DNA from: Pseudothermotoga sp.
GTDB lineage: Bacteria; Thermotogota; Thermotogae; Thermotogales; DSM-5069
Strand: one strand, 5' to 3'
Assembly (NCBI GenBank): GCA_031962025.1
Contig: JAVRKW010000006.1
Length of the DNA: 64,000 nt
Position numbers and translations under genes: made by a program. This document shows, piece by piece, positions 48,725 to 59,061 of the stretch (position 1 is its first letter; every line of letters begins with the position of its first letter). The notes under the pieces are model-generated. The model did no database searches and had not been told where the DNA came from. It saw only the letters and a list, made by a program, of their open reading frames with translations.

Positions 48725-50482
48725 TCATTGTAGAATCAACAGCACACTGCTCAAATCAGTTGAGCCGGGTGCCGGGTGCTGTTCTACAACAACACCTGAA
48801 CCTTTTATCTGTATGTTTTTCACTCCAATATCATTCAGAATGATGAGAGCATCTCTCAAACTCATACCTCTTAAATCCGGGATGACTCCTTTGGGATAGC
48901 TGATCGGTCTTTGCTTGGACAATTCGTTCAATTTCTTGACAGTTGATGCAAAAACAGGAGCTGCAACTTCTCCAGCGAGATATTTTTCTGCCGATGGCTC
49001 ATCGATGTACACAATCATGGTGTACTTTGGATCTTCATACGGAAAGAAACCGACAAAGATTGAGGTGTACTTTCCCTCGCCCGAAGCTATTTTCTGTGCA
49101 GTTCCAGTTTTGCCTGCGATATTTATCCCGGCAACCTGTGCCCTGATTCCAGTACCTTCCTCTACTACCTGCCTAAGTATCTTTGAAACTTCATCTGCGG
49201 TCTTTTCGCTTATGACACTTTTCTTTTTCACTTGGCTGTTTTCGATTATAGTTGGATAAACATATTCACCTTTGTTTGCGATGGTATTGAAAGACGCTAA
49301 AAATTGTAAAGCCGGAGTTCCTATACCATGACCGATGGAAATCATAGCAAAATCAATCTTCGACCATTGCTGGGGTTTTCTAAGAACACCTGATATTTCA
49401 CCGGTTATTTCCACACCTGTTTTTTCGCCTAATCCGAATTTCTTGAGCCAATCGTAGTATTGATAAATTCCCAGTTGATTTTTGATTTTTTCGGCAATCA
49501 AAATGGTTGCGGTATTGCACGAAACAACAAGTGCTTTTCTGACATCGACCTTTCCATGTGCTTCAAGGTCCTTCACAGTTATATCAAGTTCTGGTACGGG
49601 TTTTATGCTACCGGGGCAATCAAAGGTGTCGTTCAGATCGATCAAATTGTTCTGTAGAGCTATTGAATAAACAATGGGTTTTATGGCAGATCCAGGTTCA
49701 AAGTATCCCATGATTGCGTCGTTCCAATCTCTTGTAGTAGCCATTGCTCTGATTTTACCTGTTTTTGTTTCCATTATGATTATCCCGCCGGCAAGCGCTT
49801 TATTCTTTTCAACAGCTTCTTGTATCTCTTCGTAGCAGATTCTCTGGATATCCAAGTCGATGGTCAATTTTACATCTTGCCCATCAACCGGTTTTATTAT
49901 CCTTTCTATCTTTGGCGATAGTGTGACAAACCCCTGATACTTGAGAAGAAGTTTACCATCACTCTTTTTTGAGAGCACATCTTCCAGTTTTTCCTCCACT
50001 CCTCCCACTCCATGTCCATCGATGACTCTTCCAAGAATTCTGTCAAGACCAAAGTCTTTTACCTGTTTTCTTGTTGTAATCATCTGTATGGACACATACG
50101 GCATGAGAGAAGTTGGAATTCTCGTAATGATCGAGTCACGGTCTTTCTGTTCAGTTAATTTCACAAAATTCGGTCCATTGAGTACCTCATCAACGGTCAG
50201 AGAGAGATTGAAATTTTTCAGCAGAAGTGATAATTGGGGAGATAGTTTTTCAGAATACTGCGATTTGAGAAATCGAACATCCAGATAAGCAACGTATGAA
50301 ATCTGATCAACAGCACAGAAACGGCCATTTGTGTCGAGTATTTTGCCACGCATTGCAGGCACGCGAATACTCCAACTTGATGGAGTATACGCTGCAACTC
50401 CACGAAAGCAAAATGACGCAATCATCCAGATTGCCGCAACAACTGCTATGAAAATTATCCTTCTTGCGCGATTACTTTTCAT
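48725..50482 (-). CDS. Class B penicillin-binding protein (FtsI-like) with C-terminal PASTA domain
   Basis: RGKILD, EPGSAIK (SxxK), SCN, KTGT, PDLRGMS; follows rsmH and an ftsL-like gene. Confidence 0.9.
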   Translation of the reverse strand: MKSNRARRIIFIAVVAAIWMIASFCFRGVAAYTPSSWSIRVPAMRGKILDTNGRFCAVDQISYVAYLDVRFLKSQYSEKLSPQLSLLLKNFNLSLTVDEVLNGPNFVKLTEQKDRDSIITRIPTSLMPYVSIQMITTRKQVKDFGLDRILGRVIDGHGVGGVEEKLEDVLSKKSDGKLLLKYQGFVTLSPKIERIIKPVDGQDVKLTIDLDIQRICYEEIQEAVEKNKALAGGIIIMETKTGKIRAMATTRDWNDAIMGYFEPGSAIKPIVYSIALQNNLIDLNDTFDCPGSIKPVPELDITVKDLEAHGKVDVRKALVVSCNTATILIAEKIKNQLGIYQYYDWLKKFGLGEKTGVEITGEISGVLRKPQQWSKIDFAMISIGHGIGTPALQFLASFNTIANKGEYVYPTIIENSQVKKKSVISEKTADEVSKILRQVVEEGTGIRAQVAGINIAGKTGTAQKIASGEGKYTSIFVGFFPYEDPKYTMIVYIDEPSAEKYLAGEVAAPVFASTVKKLNELSKQRPISYPKGVIPDLRGMSLRDALIILNDIGVKNIQIKGSGVVVEQHPAPGSTDLSSVLLILQ

Positions 50483-50759
50483 GCTCCCCTGTTCTTACAA
50501 GTTCATGACGAGCAAGCGTCAAAGACTGCTGGTTCTCAAGTTGCTCAATCTGCTGTTGAAGTTCTATGATTTTCATTTCCAGAACTCTGTTCTGCTGTGA
50601 TAGCTGGGCAGAAAGCCTTGCAAGTTGCACTACGGGGAACACTATTGCAGTTGTTACTGCGATGAAAAGAACAAGGAGAAGCACTTTGCTCAGGTCAAAA
50701 ACAGCGGTACGTGTGATAACCCTTGAACTTCGCTTCGCTTGAGCTCTTGCGAGGGCCAA
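50472..50759 (-). CDS. FtsL-like cell division protein
   Basis: Single TM plus coiled coil, located between rsmH and the PBP gene. Confidence 0.6.
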   Translation of the reverse strand: MALARAQAKRSSRVITRTAVFDLSKVLLLVLFIAVTTAIVFPVVQLARLSAQLSQQNRVLEMKIIELQQQIEQLENQQSLTLARHELVRTGEHEK

Positions 50760-50773
50760 ACCCCCTCCTCCTT

Positions 50774-51652
50774 TCACTTTCGCTCCGCTACTCTCATTTT
50801 TGCACTTCTGGCTTTAAAGTTATTGGCTATCTCCTGTTTAGTTGGTGTAACTGGTTTTTTCGTTATTACTGTCAGATACTGATTTGATCTGAAACTTTCT
50901 TTTACAATTCTGTCCTCCAGAGAATGAAAAGATATAACTACAATCCTCCCACCAGAACACAGCAAATCTGGAGCGTATGACAAAAATCTTTTCAAATTTT
51001 CGAGCTCGTTGTTTACCGCAATTCTTATCGCCTGAAAGACCTTGGTTGCAAAATGCCTTTTTCGTGCAACTTTTTCCGATTTTGGTAGGGCTTTCGCCAC
51101 CACCTCAGCAAGTTCTTTCGTCGTTCTTATGGGTCTGTTTCTGACAACAAAACTTGCTATTCTTCTTGCAAAACGCTTTTCTTCAGCATACTCAAAAAAC
51201 AACCTTCTGAGTTGTTCCTCTGTCCAGAAATTGACAACATCATAAGCGGTCAATTTCTGGGTTCTGTCCATGCGCATATCGAGTGGACCATCCATAGAAA
51301 ACGCAAAACCACGCTCGCTATTGGTAAGCTGCAGCGTGGACATACCAAGGTCCATGAGTATTCCACTAACTGATGATACTTTCAACTGCTCTAATACGTC
51401 TTTTGCATCAACGTATGAAGATTTTACTAAGTACAGTCTTTTTTGTTTTTCAAATTCACTCAGTCTTCGCTTCGCTAACTGCAGCGCATCCTCATCAACA
51501 TCAAGACCGATGACCACGCTGCCTTCAATATTTGTGAGAATTGCTTCTGAATGTCCACCTGCGCCCACGGTACAATCAAGAAACACTCCGTTCAAATTAC
51601 CAAAATAATGTAGTACCTCTTTTGCCATGACTGGAACATGTATCCACTCCAC
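50774..51652 (-). CDS. rsmH: 16S rRNA m4C1402 methyltransferase
   Basis: HVPVM, DCTVGAGGH, DLGMS, PLDMRMD, FQAIRIAVN, ISFHSLEDR. Confidence 0.96.
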   Translation of the reverse strand: MEWIHVPVMAKEVLHYFGNLNGVFLDCTVGAGGHSEAILTNIEGSVVIGLDVDEDALQLAKRRLSEFEKQKRLYLVKSSYVDAKDVLEQLKVSSVSGILMDLGMSTLQLTNSERGFAFSMDGPLDMRMDRTQKLTAYDVVNFWTEEQLRRLFFEYAEEKRFARRIASFVVRNRPIRTTKELAEVVAKALPKSEKVARKRHFATKVFQAIRIAVNNELENLKRFLSYAPDLLCSGGRIVVISFHSLEDRIVKESFRSNQYLTVITKKPVTPTKQEIANNFKARSAKMRVAERK

Positions 51653-51727
51653 TTACACCGCTCCGCTACCAATGGTGCTATTATTATATTGCCAAATATC
51701 GCAATCTCCAAACGAGAATGCATCACA

Positions 51728-51741
51728 AGAAAACGTTTTCT
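51728..51741. promoter_or_regulatory. Putative LacI-family operator
   Basis: Perfect 14-bp palindrome AGAAAACGTTTTCT with central CG, upstream of the deacetylase-kinase-GH4 operon. Confidence 0.55.
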
Positions 51742-51885
51742 AACTCGCATGTTAACAGTATTTTCGATATGTTGTCTATAAGTAACCCTATGTTTACTTA
51801 ACACTCGGGATTTTGCTGATTTTGAATTTTGCATTTGACTAATGTCTGATGATGTAGAATCTATATCGTGAAAGGAGTGAATAAT

Positions 51886-52629
51886 GTGGGTGATCTAACT
51901 CAAAAACTGAGGGAATTTTTTGTAATACCGGATTTTGAAGAATGTGAAAAAATTTTGTGTGTGCAGCCTCACCCAGATGATGCGGATATAGGTATGGGTG
52001 CAACTGTCTCAAAGCTTTCAGAGAAGGGTGTAAAGATCTATTATCTGACCATTACCGATGGTGGAGCAGGATCAAGAGACGAAGAACTTGTAGGCAAAAA
52101 ATTGCGTGAAATAAGAAGGAAAGAACAAGAGAAGGCTGCGCAGATCCTTGGAGTTCATGAGTTAATCTGGCTTGATTTTGAAGATCTTGGTGATTACACG
52201 ATAGAACAGGTAAGAACGAATGTGGCTGAATACATAAGAAAGATAAAACCCGAAATTGTTTTCACAGTGGATCCATTTCTTGTGTACGAGGTTCACCCAG
52301 ATCACATAAAGACTGGTATGGGTACTTCACAGGCTACAAGTCTTTACAGATTACCAAAGGTTCTTGCAGGTACATCTGATCATGAGGTGAAGGCAATCGG
52401 TTTTTTCAACACAGCTTTTCCCAACACTTTTTACGAAATCGAACAAAGGCATCTTGAAAAGAAACTGCTTGCGCTTTCACAGCACAAAAGCCAGTTTGAC
52501 GAAAAATCTTTGCAGATGATTTCTTTTTATCTGAGTGAAAAAGCAAAGCGCGGTGAAAGGCTTGTTGAGCAGTTCAAGGTCCTTCCACCCGCGATGTTGC
52601 ACGTGATGCCAGAGGCTTTGGAATTTTAG
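51886..52629 (+). CDS. PIG-L/LmbE family deacetylase (chitobiose deacetylase-like)
   Basis: PHPDDAD, TDGGAG, RRKE, HPDH, HKSQ motifs. Confidence 0.9.
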   Translation: MGDLTQKLREFFVIPDFEECEKILCVQPHPDDADIGMGATVSKLSEKGVKIYYLTITDGGAGSRDEELVGKKLREIRRKEQEKAAQILGVHELIWLDFEDLGDYTIEQVRTNVAEYIRKIKPEIVFTVDPFLVYEVHPDHIKTGMGTSQATSLYRLPKVLAGTSDHEVKAIGFFNTAFPNTFYEIEQRHLEKKLLALSQHKSQFDEKSLQMISFYLSEKAKRGERLVEQFKVLPPAMLHVMPEALEF

Positions 52630-52631
52630 AG

Positions 52632-53606
52632 GTGATGAAAATGTATTTCATGGGAGTAGACGTTGGGGGCACAAAAACAGATGTTGCAGTGGCAGATCAA
52701 AATGGGAAGGTGATTTCGTATCTCAGAACAAAGGGTGCTAACTATCAAGCAGTAGGTGTGGATCAGGCATTTGAGATCATTAAACAGGCAATAGATCACG
52801 CACTTTCAAAAGCCGGTTTAAAGAAAGATGATCTTACGTATTCTTATTTTGGAGTTGCCGGTGCGGACATGGATTTTGAAATAGAAATCACAAGATCTAT
52901 TCTGGATAAACTGGAACTGAAAAAATACAGTTTTGACAACGATGGCAGAATCGCTCTCAGATCCGGTACCCTTGATGATGTAGGTATCTTGATAAGTTGC
53001 GGTACCGGTGGGATCAATTACGCATGCGATGGGAAAACCATTTCAAGAAAAGGGGGATTTTCGCGCTTTTTCGGTGAGAGATTGGGTTCTTTCATCATAG
53101 CAAGTTTGGTCGCATCGGCAGTAATCAGATCAAAAGACCAAAGAGATGAACACACGATTATGCAGCAAATTTTCGAATCAAAGATAGGTGAACCCATAGA
53201 GAACATCATGCGTTATGAATACATGGGACAGGACAGGTCAAAGTTACATCAGTACGCTATTTTGTTAATAGAAACGCTTTATGAAGCCGCTAAACTTCAC
53301 GACTATGTTGCTTTGAAAATACTTCTAAAGATTGTCGATGAAGTTTTAAAGATAATCAACGCGTTTCTAAAAGAGATGGATTTCACACCTCCCGTGAAAG
53401 TGGTGCTTGAGGGGAGCTTTTTCAAAAAAGCAGATCGAATTTTGATACAGATGATTCGATCAGCCCTGAAAGATGATTTTGATCTGATCATACCAAACCA
53501 TCCACCCGTTGTTGGTGCAATCCTTCTTGCTGCGCAGATGGCAGGTTACACTTTCAAAGAAGAGGCTGTCAAAAATCTCATCACATACTGGGGTGATAAG
53601 TCATGA
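52632..53606 (+). CDS. BadF/BadG/BcrA/BcrD-family sugar kinase
   Basis: GVDVGGTKT, GVAGAD, DND, SCGTG motifs. Confidence 0.85.
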   Translation: MMKMYFMGVDVGGTKTDVAVADQNGKVISYLRTKGANYQAVGVDQAFEIIKQAIDHALSKAGLKKDDLTYSYFGVAGADMDFEIEITRSILDKLELKKYSFDNDGRIALRSGTLDDVGILISCGTGGINYACDGKTISRKGGFSRFFGERLGSFIIASLVASAVIRSKDQRDEHTIMQQIFESKIGEPIENIMRYEYMGQDRSKLHQYAILLIETLYEAAKLHDYVALKILLKIVDEVLKIINAFLKEMDFTPPVKVVLEGSFFKKADRILIQMIRSALKDDFDLIIPNHPPVVGAILLAAQMAGYTFKEEAVKNLITYWGDKS

Positions 53607-54856
53607 AAATCGCAGTGATTGGCGGGGCAAGTACTTACACACCAGAGCTGATAAAGGGTTTTTTAGAAATATCACAGGATGTGAAAATAGACCAGATTGT
53701 TCTGCACGACATAGAACAATCGGCTGAAAAACTTCAGATCGTCTATGAATTCACAAAAAGGCTGGTCAGGGATAAATTCAAAGTGGAAAAAACCTTTGAT
53801 ATTGTACAAGCCGTACAGGGAGCAGATTATGTGATTTTTCAATTTCGTGTAGGGGGTCTTCAGGCAAGACAGAATGATGAACAGATACCGATTTCCTATG
53901 GATTTATAGGACAGGAGACAACGGGTATCGGCGGGTTTTCTTGTGCTTTGAGAACCTTTCCTGTGGTGAAAAGATACGTTGAGATAGTGGATAAATACAG
54001 TAATGCAACGATCATCAACTTCACAAATCCATCAGGGCACATGACCGAATTTGTGCTCAACTACATGGGATTTGAAAGATTCATAGGTCTGTGCAATATA
54101 CCGATCAATCTCTTGAAAATGATTTCGCAGATAGTCAATTGCAGTATACAGGACATTTTTCTCAAATACTATGGATTAAATCACCTGACCTTCCTTGAAA
54201 AAGTGTACGTGAAGGATCAAGACATCACACAGATTTTGATGCAAAAGATCAAGCTGCACCTTGCCAATATCCCATCACAGGAATTTCCAGATTGGCTTTT
54301 AGACGTGCTGAAGTTGTATCCCAATGCTTATCTAAGATACTACCTGTCTGAAAAAACGATGCTGGAGAAACTCAAAAAGGAAGGCACGCGTGCAGAAAAA
54401 GTGCAGACGATAGAAAGAAAACTACTTGAACTGTACAAAACATCAAATGAAATTCCAGCAGAACTATCTCAAAGAGGGGGCAGTATGTATTCAACAGCCG
54501 CCGCACATTTGATAAGAGATCTTTCACTATCTTCGGGAACGATACATATAGTGAACAGTAAAAACAACGGTGCTGTGAGCAATCTACCGGATGATTATGT
54601 GCTTGAAATTCCCTGTTTTGTGAAAGCTGGGCGGGTTTTTCCTGTGACACTGGGAAAAGCAGACGAATTTGCGGCTGGTTTGATCCATACGGTTAAAATG
54701 TATGAAAGATTGACGATTCAAGCATTTCTGGAAAAATCAAAAAAGACTGCCATTAAAGCATTGCTGTTGCATCCACTTGGTCCTGGTATCGAAGATGTAC
54801 AGCAACTGCTCGAAGAAATTCTCAAAGTCAATAGAGATTTCATAGATCTGAAGTAA
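53603..54856 (+). CDS. Glycoside hydrolase family 4, 6-phospho-beta-glucosidase
   Basis: IGGASTYTP, QFRVGG, GQETTGIGG, INFTNPSG, GLCNIP, YYGLNH, RGG. Confidence 0.92.
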   Translation: MKIAVIGGASTYTPELIKGFLEISQDVKIDQIVLHDIEQSAEKLQIVYEFTKRLVRDKFKVEKTFDIVQAVQGADYVIFQFRVGGLQARQNDEQIPISYGFIGQETTGIGGFSCALRTFPVVKRYVEIVDKYSNATIINFTNPSGHMTEFVLNYMGFERFIGLCNIPINLLKMISQIVNCSIQDIFLKYYGLNHLTFLEKVYVKDQDITQILMQKIKLHLANIPSQEFPDWLLDVLKLYPNAYLRYYLSEKTMLEKLKKEGTRAEKVQTIERKLLELYKTSNEIPAELSQRGGSMYSTAAAHLIRDLSLSSGTIHIVNSKNNGAVSNLPDDYVLEIPCFVKAGRVFPVTLGKADEFAAGLIHTVKMYERLTIQAFLEKSKKTAIKALLLHPLGPGIEDVQQLLEEILKVNRDFIDLK

Positions 54857-54939
54857 AATTGGGGATGGAGCAAAACGGGGCAAAAACAATGGGGGGATAG
54901 GAAGATCATTTGGCGATATAATAGACGAGTGAGCCGTTT

Positions 54940-55470
54940 ATGAAAATCACAGGTGGGATTTTCAAATCAAGAGAGCTTAAACCAGTTCCAGACCCAAGAA
55001 CAAGGTACACATCATCTCTTGTCAGACAGGCACTCTTTAACATGGTAGATGTTTCACAAAAGAGTTTTCTGGAACTTTTTTGTGGGAGTGCTATTGTGTC
55101 ATTTGAAGCAATAAGCCGTGGTGCGGTTAATGTCGTTGCTGTTGATATATCAAAAAAGGCAGTCAGCACAGCCATTGAAAATTCAAAAAAACTTGGAGTA
55201 CAGATAAGAATTGTCAATGCAGATTTCAGACGGTTTCTCAGTTCATGCGCAGAATCATTTGATATAGTCTTTGCAGATCCACCGTATAACATGGGATTTG
55301 TTCAGGAACTTTTGAACGTTATTCGTCAGAAAGATCATATTGGCAAGATGATCATTGTGGAGAAGGCAGTCTCAGAAAGGTTCATCCTGCCAGAAAAGTT
55401 CACCCTGCTCAAATCAAAAAAATATGGAGACACAGAACTTGTTCTGATTGAAAGAATACCAAGAGAGTAG
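54940..55470 (+). CDS. rsmD: 16S rRNA m2G966 methyltransferase
   Basis: MKITGG.FK.R, RYT...RQALFN, LELFCGS, EAISRGA, FADPPY, YGDT. Confidence 0.9.
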   Translation: MKITGGIFKSRELKPVPDPRTRYTSSLVRQALFNMVDVSQKSFLELFCGSAIVSFEAISRGAVNVVAVDISKKAVSTAIENSKKLGVQIRIVNADFRRFLSSCAESFDIVFADPPYNMGFVQELLNVIRQKDHIGKMIIVEKAVSERFILPEKFTLLKSKKYGDTELVLIERIPRE

Positions 55471-55662
55471 ACCTATGGCTGTTATACGTTGATACATCAT
55501 GCCGGCCGGTCAGCGCTGTCCATTATATATAATACGATTTTGCAAAGACAGATGAAAATCAAAAGCCAGCATCTAAAAAGAATTTTGAAAAGAAAAATCA
55601 AAATTTTGCCTGATTTATCATTAAACCAAAAGTTTGTTTAGTCTAACTTTTTAGAGTGCCCA

Positions 55663-57102
55663 TCATAAACCGTTCAACCATATTTGATAAAGCTTTGAAT
55701 AGTACTCTCTTAAGACTGGATCTGGGATGTATTGCTGGGTTTTTGATGTTTTTTCTTTCAAAAACGATAGGTCGCCCTGGCTCAAGGCATATAGTATTGT
55801 ACCAAGGGCTGCACCCTGACGACTGCTCTGAAGGATTATTTTGTGATCGAAGATCGCGCTAACCATCTTCATCCATACATCTGCCTGGGTCAATCCACCT
55901 GTTGCCACAACTTTTTTCAGGCATTTTGGCATCGTTTTAACGACGTCAAAGGCACGTTTCAGATTGAAAGCGATGCCTTCAAGCACACTCTTCGCAATCT
56001 GTTCTTCAGTGGTAGTGCTCTTTAATCTATCGAATCTCGCAGAAGGTACTGGATCAAATTTCGGAAATCTTTTTCCAAAAATGAATGGATAGAAGAGAAC
56101 AGAATTTTCAAGATCGGGATTTGCAAGAATTTTCTGGACTTTTTCCAGGACAGCAGCGTGATCATACTTTGAGAAGAGTTTTATATACCAATCAAAGACA
56201 TACCCACCGTTTTTGATCGCGGCACCTGTTATGTAATGGTTTTCATCCAGCACATAGCACCAGATACCTGGTTTGGGATATTCACTCGGTGGTTGTTTCA
56301 CGATGGTTCTAATCGCGGCACTGCTTCCAACAGAGATGGTCAAAGAATCTTCAACGCCCGCACCTGCACCTATGCTCGAAGCCGCTGCATCTGATAGACC
56401 TATTATCACAGAAATACCTTCTTTTAATCCAGATCTCTCTGCCGCGGATTTTTGCAATTTCAAAGTTTCCCTGACTGAAACAAGTTGTGGGAACATCTTT
56501 TTGTCAAGACCGACAAGATCTCTGAGCTCGTCATAACACCATTGTTTTGTATGTATATCAAGATAGCCACTGCCCGATGCAACACTCATGTCACTGACCA
56601 GCTCGCCAGTCAATTTATAGATTATGTAATCTTTCTGAGAGACAATTTTGCAGGTGGATTTTAGTTTTTCACTGTCATTTTCATCAAGCCAGAGTAATTT
56701 GTAAAATGGATAGACTGTGTCTGGAGGACAACCTGTCTTTCTGTGCAAATGTTCTGCAAGTTGCTCATCTTTTGATATCTTTTTTACTTGCTCTATGGAT
56801 CTTTCATCCAACCAGGGAATGATATTACCGATTGGTTTTAAATCCTTATCGAGCAGTAACAGAGTGTGCAGTGCGCAATCCAATACAATTGCATCGATAT
56901 CTTTAAATGACTGTGCCACCTGCCTCAGAGCATCGAAGACGGCATTTTCTACCTCTGAAGGATCTTGTTCAAACATTCCCGGTCCAGTGGAGAAGGGTTG
57001 ATAAGCTCTGCTGATATCCATTTCAATTTCTTTTTTAAGAGAATTGTACACAACCACTTTGACTGCGGTCGTACCTAAATCAACACCTACATATATTCCC
57101 AT
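55663..57102 (-). CDS. FGGY-family kinase, gluconokinase-like
   Basis: GVDLGTTAVK, EQDP, WLDERS, TGCP, KDYIIYKLTG, ATGG. Confidence 0.85.
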   Translation of the reverse strand: MGIYVGVDLGTTAVKVVVYNSLKKEIEMDISRAYQPFSTGPGMFEQDPSEVENAVFDALRQVAQSFKDIDAIVLDCALHTLLLLDKDLKPIGNIIPWLDERSIEQVKKISKDEQLAEHLHRKTGCPPDTVYPFYKLLWLDENDSEKLKSTCKIVSQKDYIIYKLTGELVSDMSVASGSGYLDIHTKQWCYDELRDLVGLDKKMFPQLVSVRETLKLQKSAAERSGLKEGISVIIGLSDAAASSIGAGAGVEDSLTISVGSSAAIRTIVKQPPSEYPKPGIWCYVLDENHYITGAAIKNGGYVFDWYIKLFSKYDHAAVLEKVQKILANPDLENSVLFYPFIFGKRFPKFDPVPSARFDRLKSTTTEEQIAKSVLEGIAFNLKRAFDVVKTMPKCLKKVVATGGLTQADVWMKMVSAIFDHKIILQSSRQGAALGTILYALSQGDLSFLKEKTSKTQQYIPDPVLREYYSKLYQIWLNGL

Positions 57103-57119
57103 GACGGTGAGCACCTCCA

Positions 57120-58094
57120 TTACTGTGAAAAGCCTTGTTTAACGAGCTTGTCAATGACCTCGCTGTTAGCGATGTACTTTGGCAATTTCTTATTGAAGAA
57201 ATCTATCACCGATTGCGCTGCCATCATATTCATGTTGTAAATTGCCTCGTATGTGTGTGCACCAATGTGAGGCGTGAGAATCAGTTTTGGACAGTCATAC
57301 AGCATAGAATTCTCAGGTAGTGGCTCAACTTCAAAGGCATCGAGCGCTGCACCTGCAATCTGGTTTTCTCTCAAGGCTTCTACCAGAGCTGTTTCATCCA
57401 CTATCCCACCGCGTGAGGTGTTTATCAAAAAAGCTGTTTTTTTCATCATCTGGATTTCCCTCTTACCTATCATTTTTCTTGTAGATTGATTGAGAGGAAG
57501 ATGCAGGGAGACAAAATCACTTGTTTTCAGCAAAGTTTCCATGTCAGCATATTCGACCGAGTACTTTTTCATCGTTTCTTTATCGACAAATGGATCATAG
57601 GCTATGACTTTCATTCCAAGGCAGAGTGCCCTCTTTGCTGTTTCTCTGCCTATAGCTCCAAAGCCGATTATTCCAAGAGTTTTTCTGAAAAGTTCGATCC
57701 CGACAGGTGATGAAAAATTCTTGTTCTGTGACAGCTCTTTGTGTACGTCTATTAATTTTCTTGATAGGGCAAAGATCAACCCTATTGTGAGTTCAGCGAC
57801 CGACACGGTATTTGCATTCACGGTTATTGTCACAGGTATTCCCAGTTCAGTTGCTTTCGCTAAATCAACGTTATCTACACCCACCCCATGTCTTGCAATG
57901 ATTTTCAAAGAAGATTTCTCGATCATATCTGCTGAGAGTTTTCCTGTTCCAAGAATTATCGCATCAGCTTTTTTCAAAAGATCTAACCTCAGTGAATCAC
58001 TCCACTCTATGTGAAATCCATTGTTCTTCAGTAAATCTACAGGTTCTGATGAGTATCTACCGAAGGTTCGTGTAACAACAAGTACGGTCTTCAC
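57120..58094 (-). CDS. Phosphoglycerate dehydrogenase-like D-2-hydroxyacid dehydrogenase
   Basis: RHGVGVDNVD, GFGAIG, NTSRG, LDAFEVEP, TPHIGA. Confidence 0.88.
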   Translation of the reverse strand: MKTVLVVTRTFGRYSSEPVDLLKNNGFHIEWSDSLRLDLLKKADAIILGTGKLSADMIEKSSLKIIARHGVGVDNVDLAKATELGIPVTITVNANTVSVAELTIGLIFALSRKLIDVHKELSQNKNFSSPVGIELFRKTLGIIGFGAIGRETAKRALCLGMKVIAYDPFVDKETMKKYSVEYADMETLLKTSDFVSLHLPLNQSTRKMIGKREIQMMKKTAFLINTSRGGIVDETALVEALRENQIAGAALDAFEVEPLPENSMLYDCPKLILTPHIGAHTYEAIYNMNMMAAQSVIDFFNKKLPKYIANSEVIDKLVKQGFSQ

Positions 58095-58118
58095 ATGATC
58101 CCCTCCCGAAAGCGAGAA

Positions 58119-58961
58119 TCAGTATTTCAATTCTGAGACTGCAAGACGGCTCCTGTTAAGACTTTCTATTGCTTTTGCATCTCTTGCAGCAAGCATGGTG
58201 TAAATCGTATCTAAAATCACTAACTGAACGATACGAGATGTCATTGCATCTGTTCTAATGCGCGTCTCCCTTGTGTTCGTCGAGAGGACAACAGTTGAAA
58301 CTTTTGCCAAACTCGATTTTCTGTTACCGGTTATGGCAACCACCGGTACACTCAGCTCCATAGCCTTTTTCGCAAGCGCAACAATCGACTTGGTCTCACC
58401 AGAATGAGACACGGCAACTAAAAGATCATTCTGGGTGCAGTTTGCAAGAACTGTAGCCATGATGTGTTCGTCATTGGAGAACAGGCAATTTTTTCCTATT
58501 CTGGTGAATTTGTGAAAGGCATCAAACGCAACGGCTGCAGACGCTGCAAAACCAAAGAAAAGTATTCTCTGGGCTTTTTTAAACAGAATAGTTGCCTTTT
58601 CAACGGCTTCAACATCCAAGCTATCGAGCGTGTCCAGAATGGCTTTAACGGTTGCTTTGAAGATTTTTTGAGTGATCGTTTTTGAATCATCTTTTTCAGA
58701 TACATCCTCATAGACGATTTCCATAGGTGCCTTTGAGAGATCTTGAGCGAGCAATACCTTAAACTGTTGAAAACTGCTAAGATTCAATTTTCTGTAGAAT
58801 TTAACCACAGAAGCTTCACTTTTCACATTCGCAAGTCTGCTCAAATCACTTATCGAACACTCAAGCACACCTCTTGGGTCTTTCAAAATCACATCTGCAA
58901 TTCTTTTTTCTGCATCTGTCAATGAATCATAAGTATCTCTCAGAATCTGCAGAATATCCAT
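58119..58961 (-). CDS. MurR/RpiR-family transcriptional regulator
   Basis: LTDAEKRIA, SEASVVKF HTH; SIS domain VSHSGET. Confidence 0.92.
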   Translation of the reverse strand: MDILQILRDTYDSLTDAEKRIADVILKDPRGVLECSISDLSRLANVKSEASVVKFYRKLNLSSFQQFKVLLAQDLSKAPMEIVYEDVSEKDDSKTITQKIFKATVKAILDTLDSLDVEAVEKATILFKKAQRILFFGFAASAAVAFDAFHKFTRIGKNCLFSNDEHIMATVLANCTQNDLLVAVSHSGETKSIVALAKKAMELSVPVVAITGNRKSSLAKVSTVVLSTNTRETRIRTDAMTSRIVQLVILDTIYTMLAARDAKAIESLNRSRLAVSELKY

Positions 58962-59061
58962 AAGCTCACCTCCTAAGGATCGTCCAGCTGCCTCGATGAA
59001 GAGTCTATCTCAAGATTATGTACTGTTCTATAACGTCTATAACGACTTTCATAATATGAAA

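Noticed and set aside
46660..51652. Absence of clpX after clpP and of mraZ before rsmH
   Set aside because: Ordinary gene-order variation; nothing in the sequence indicates a lesion.
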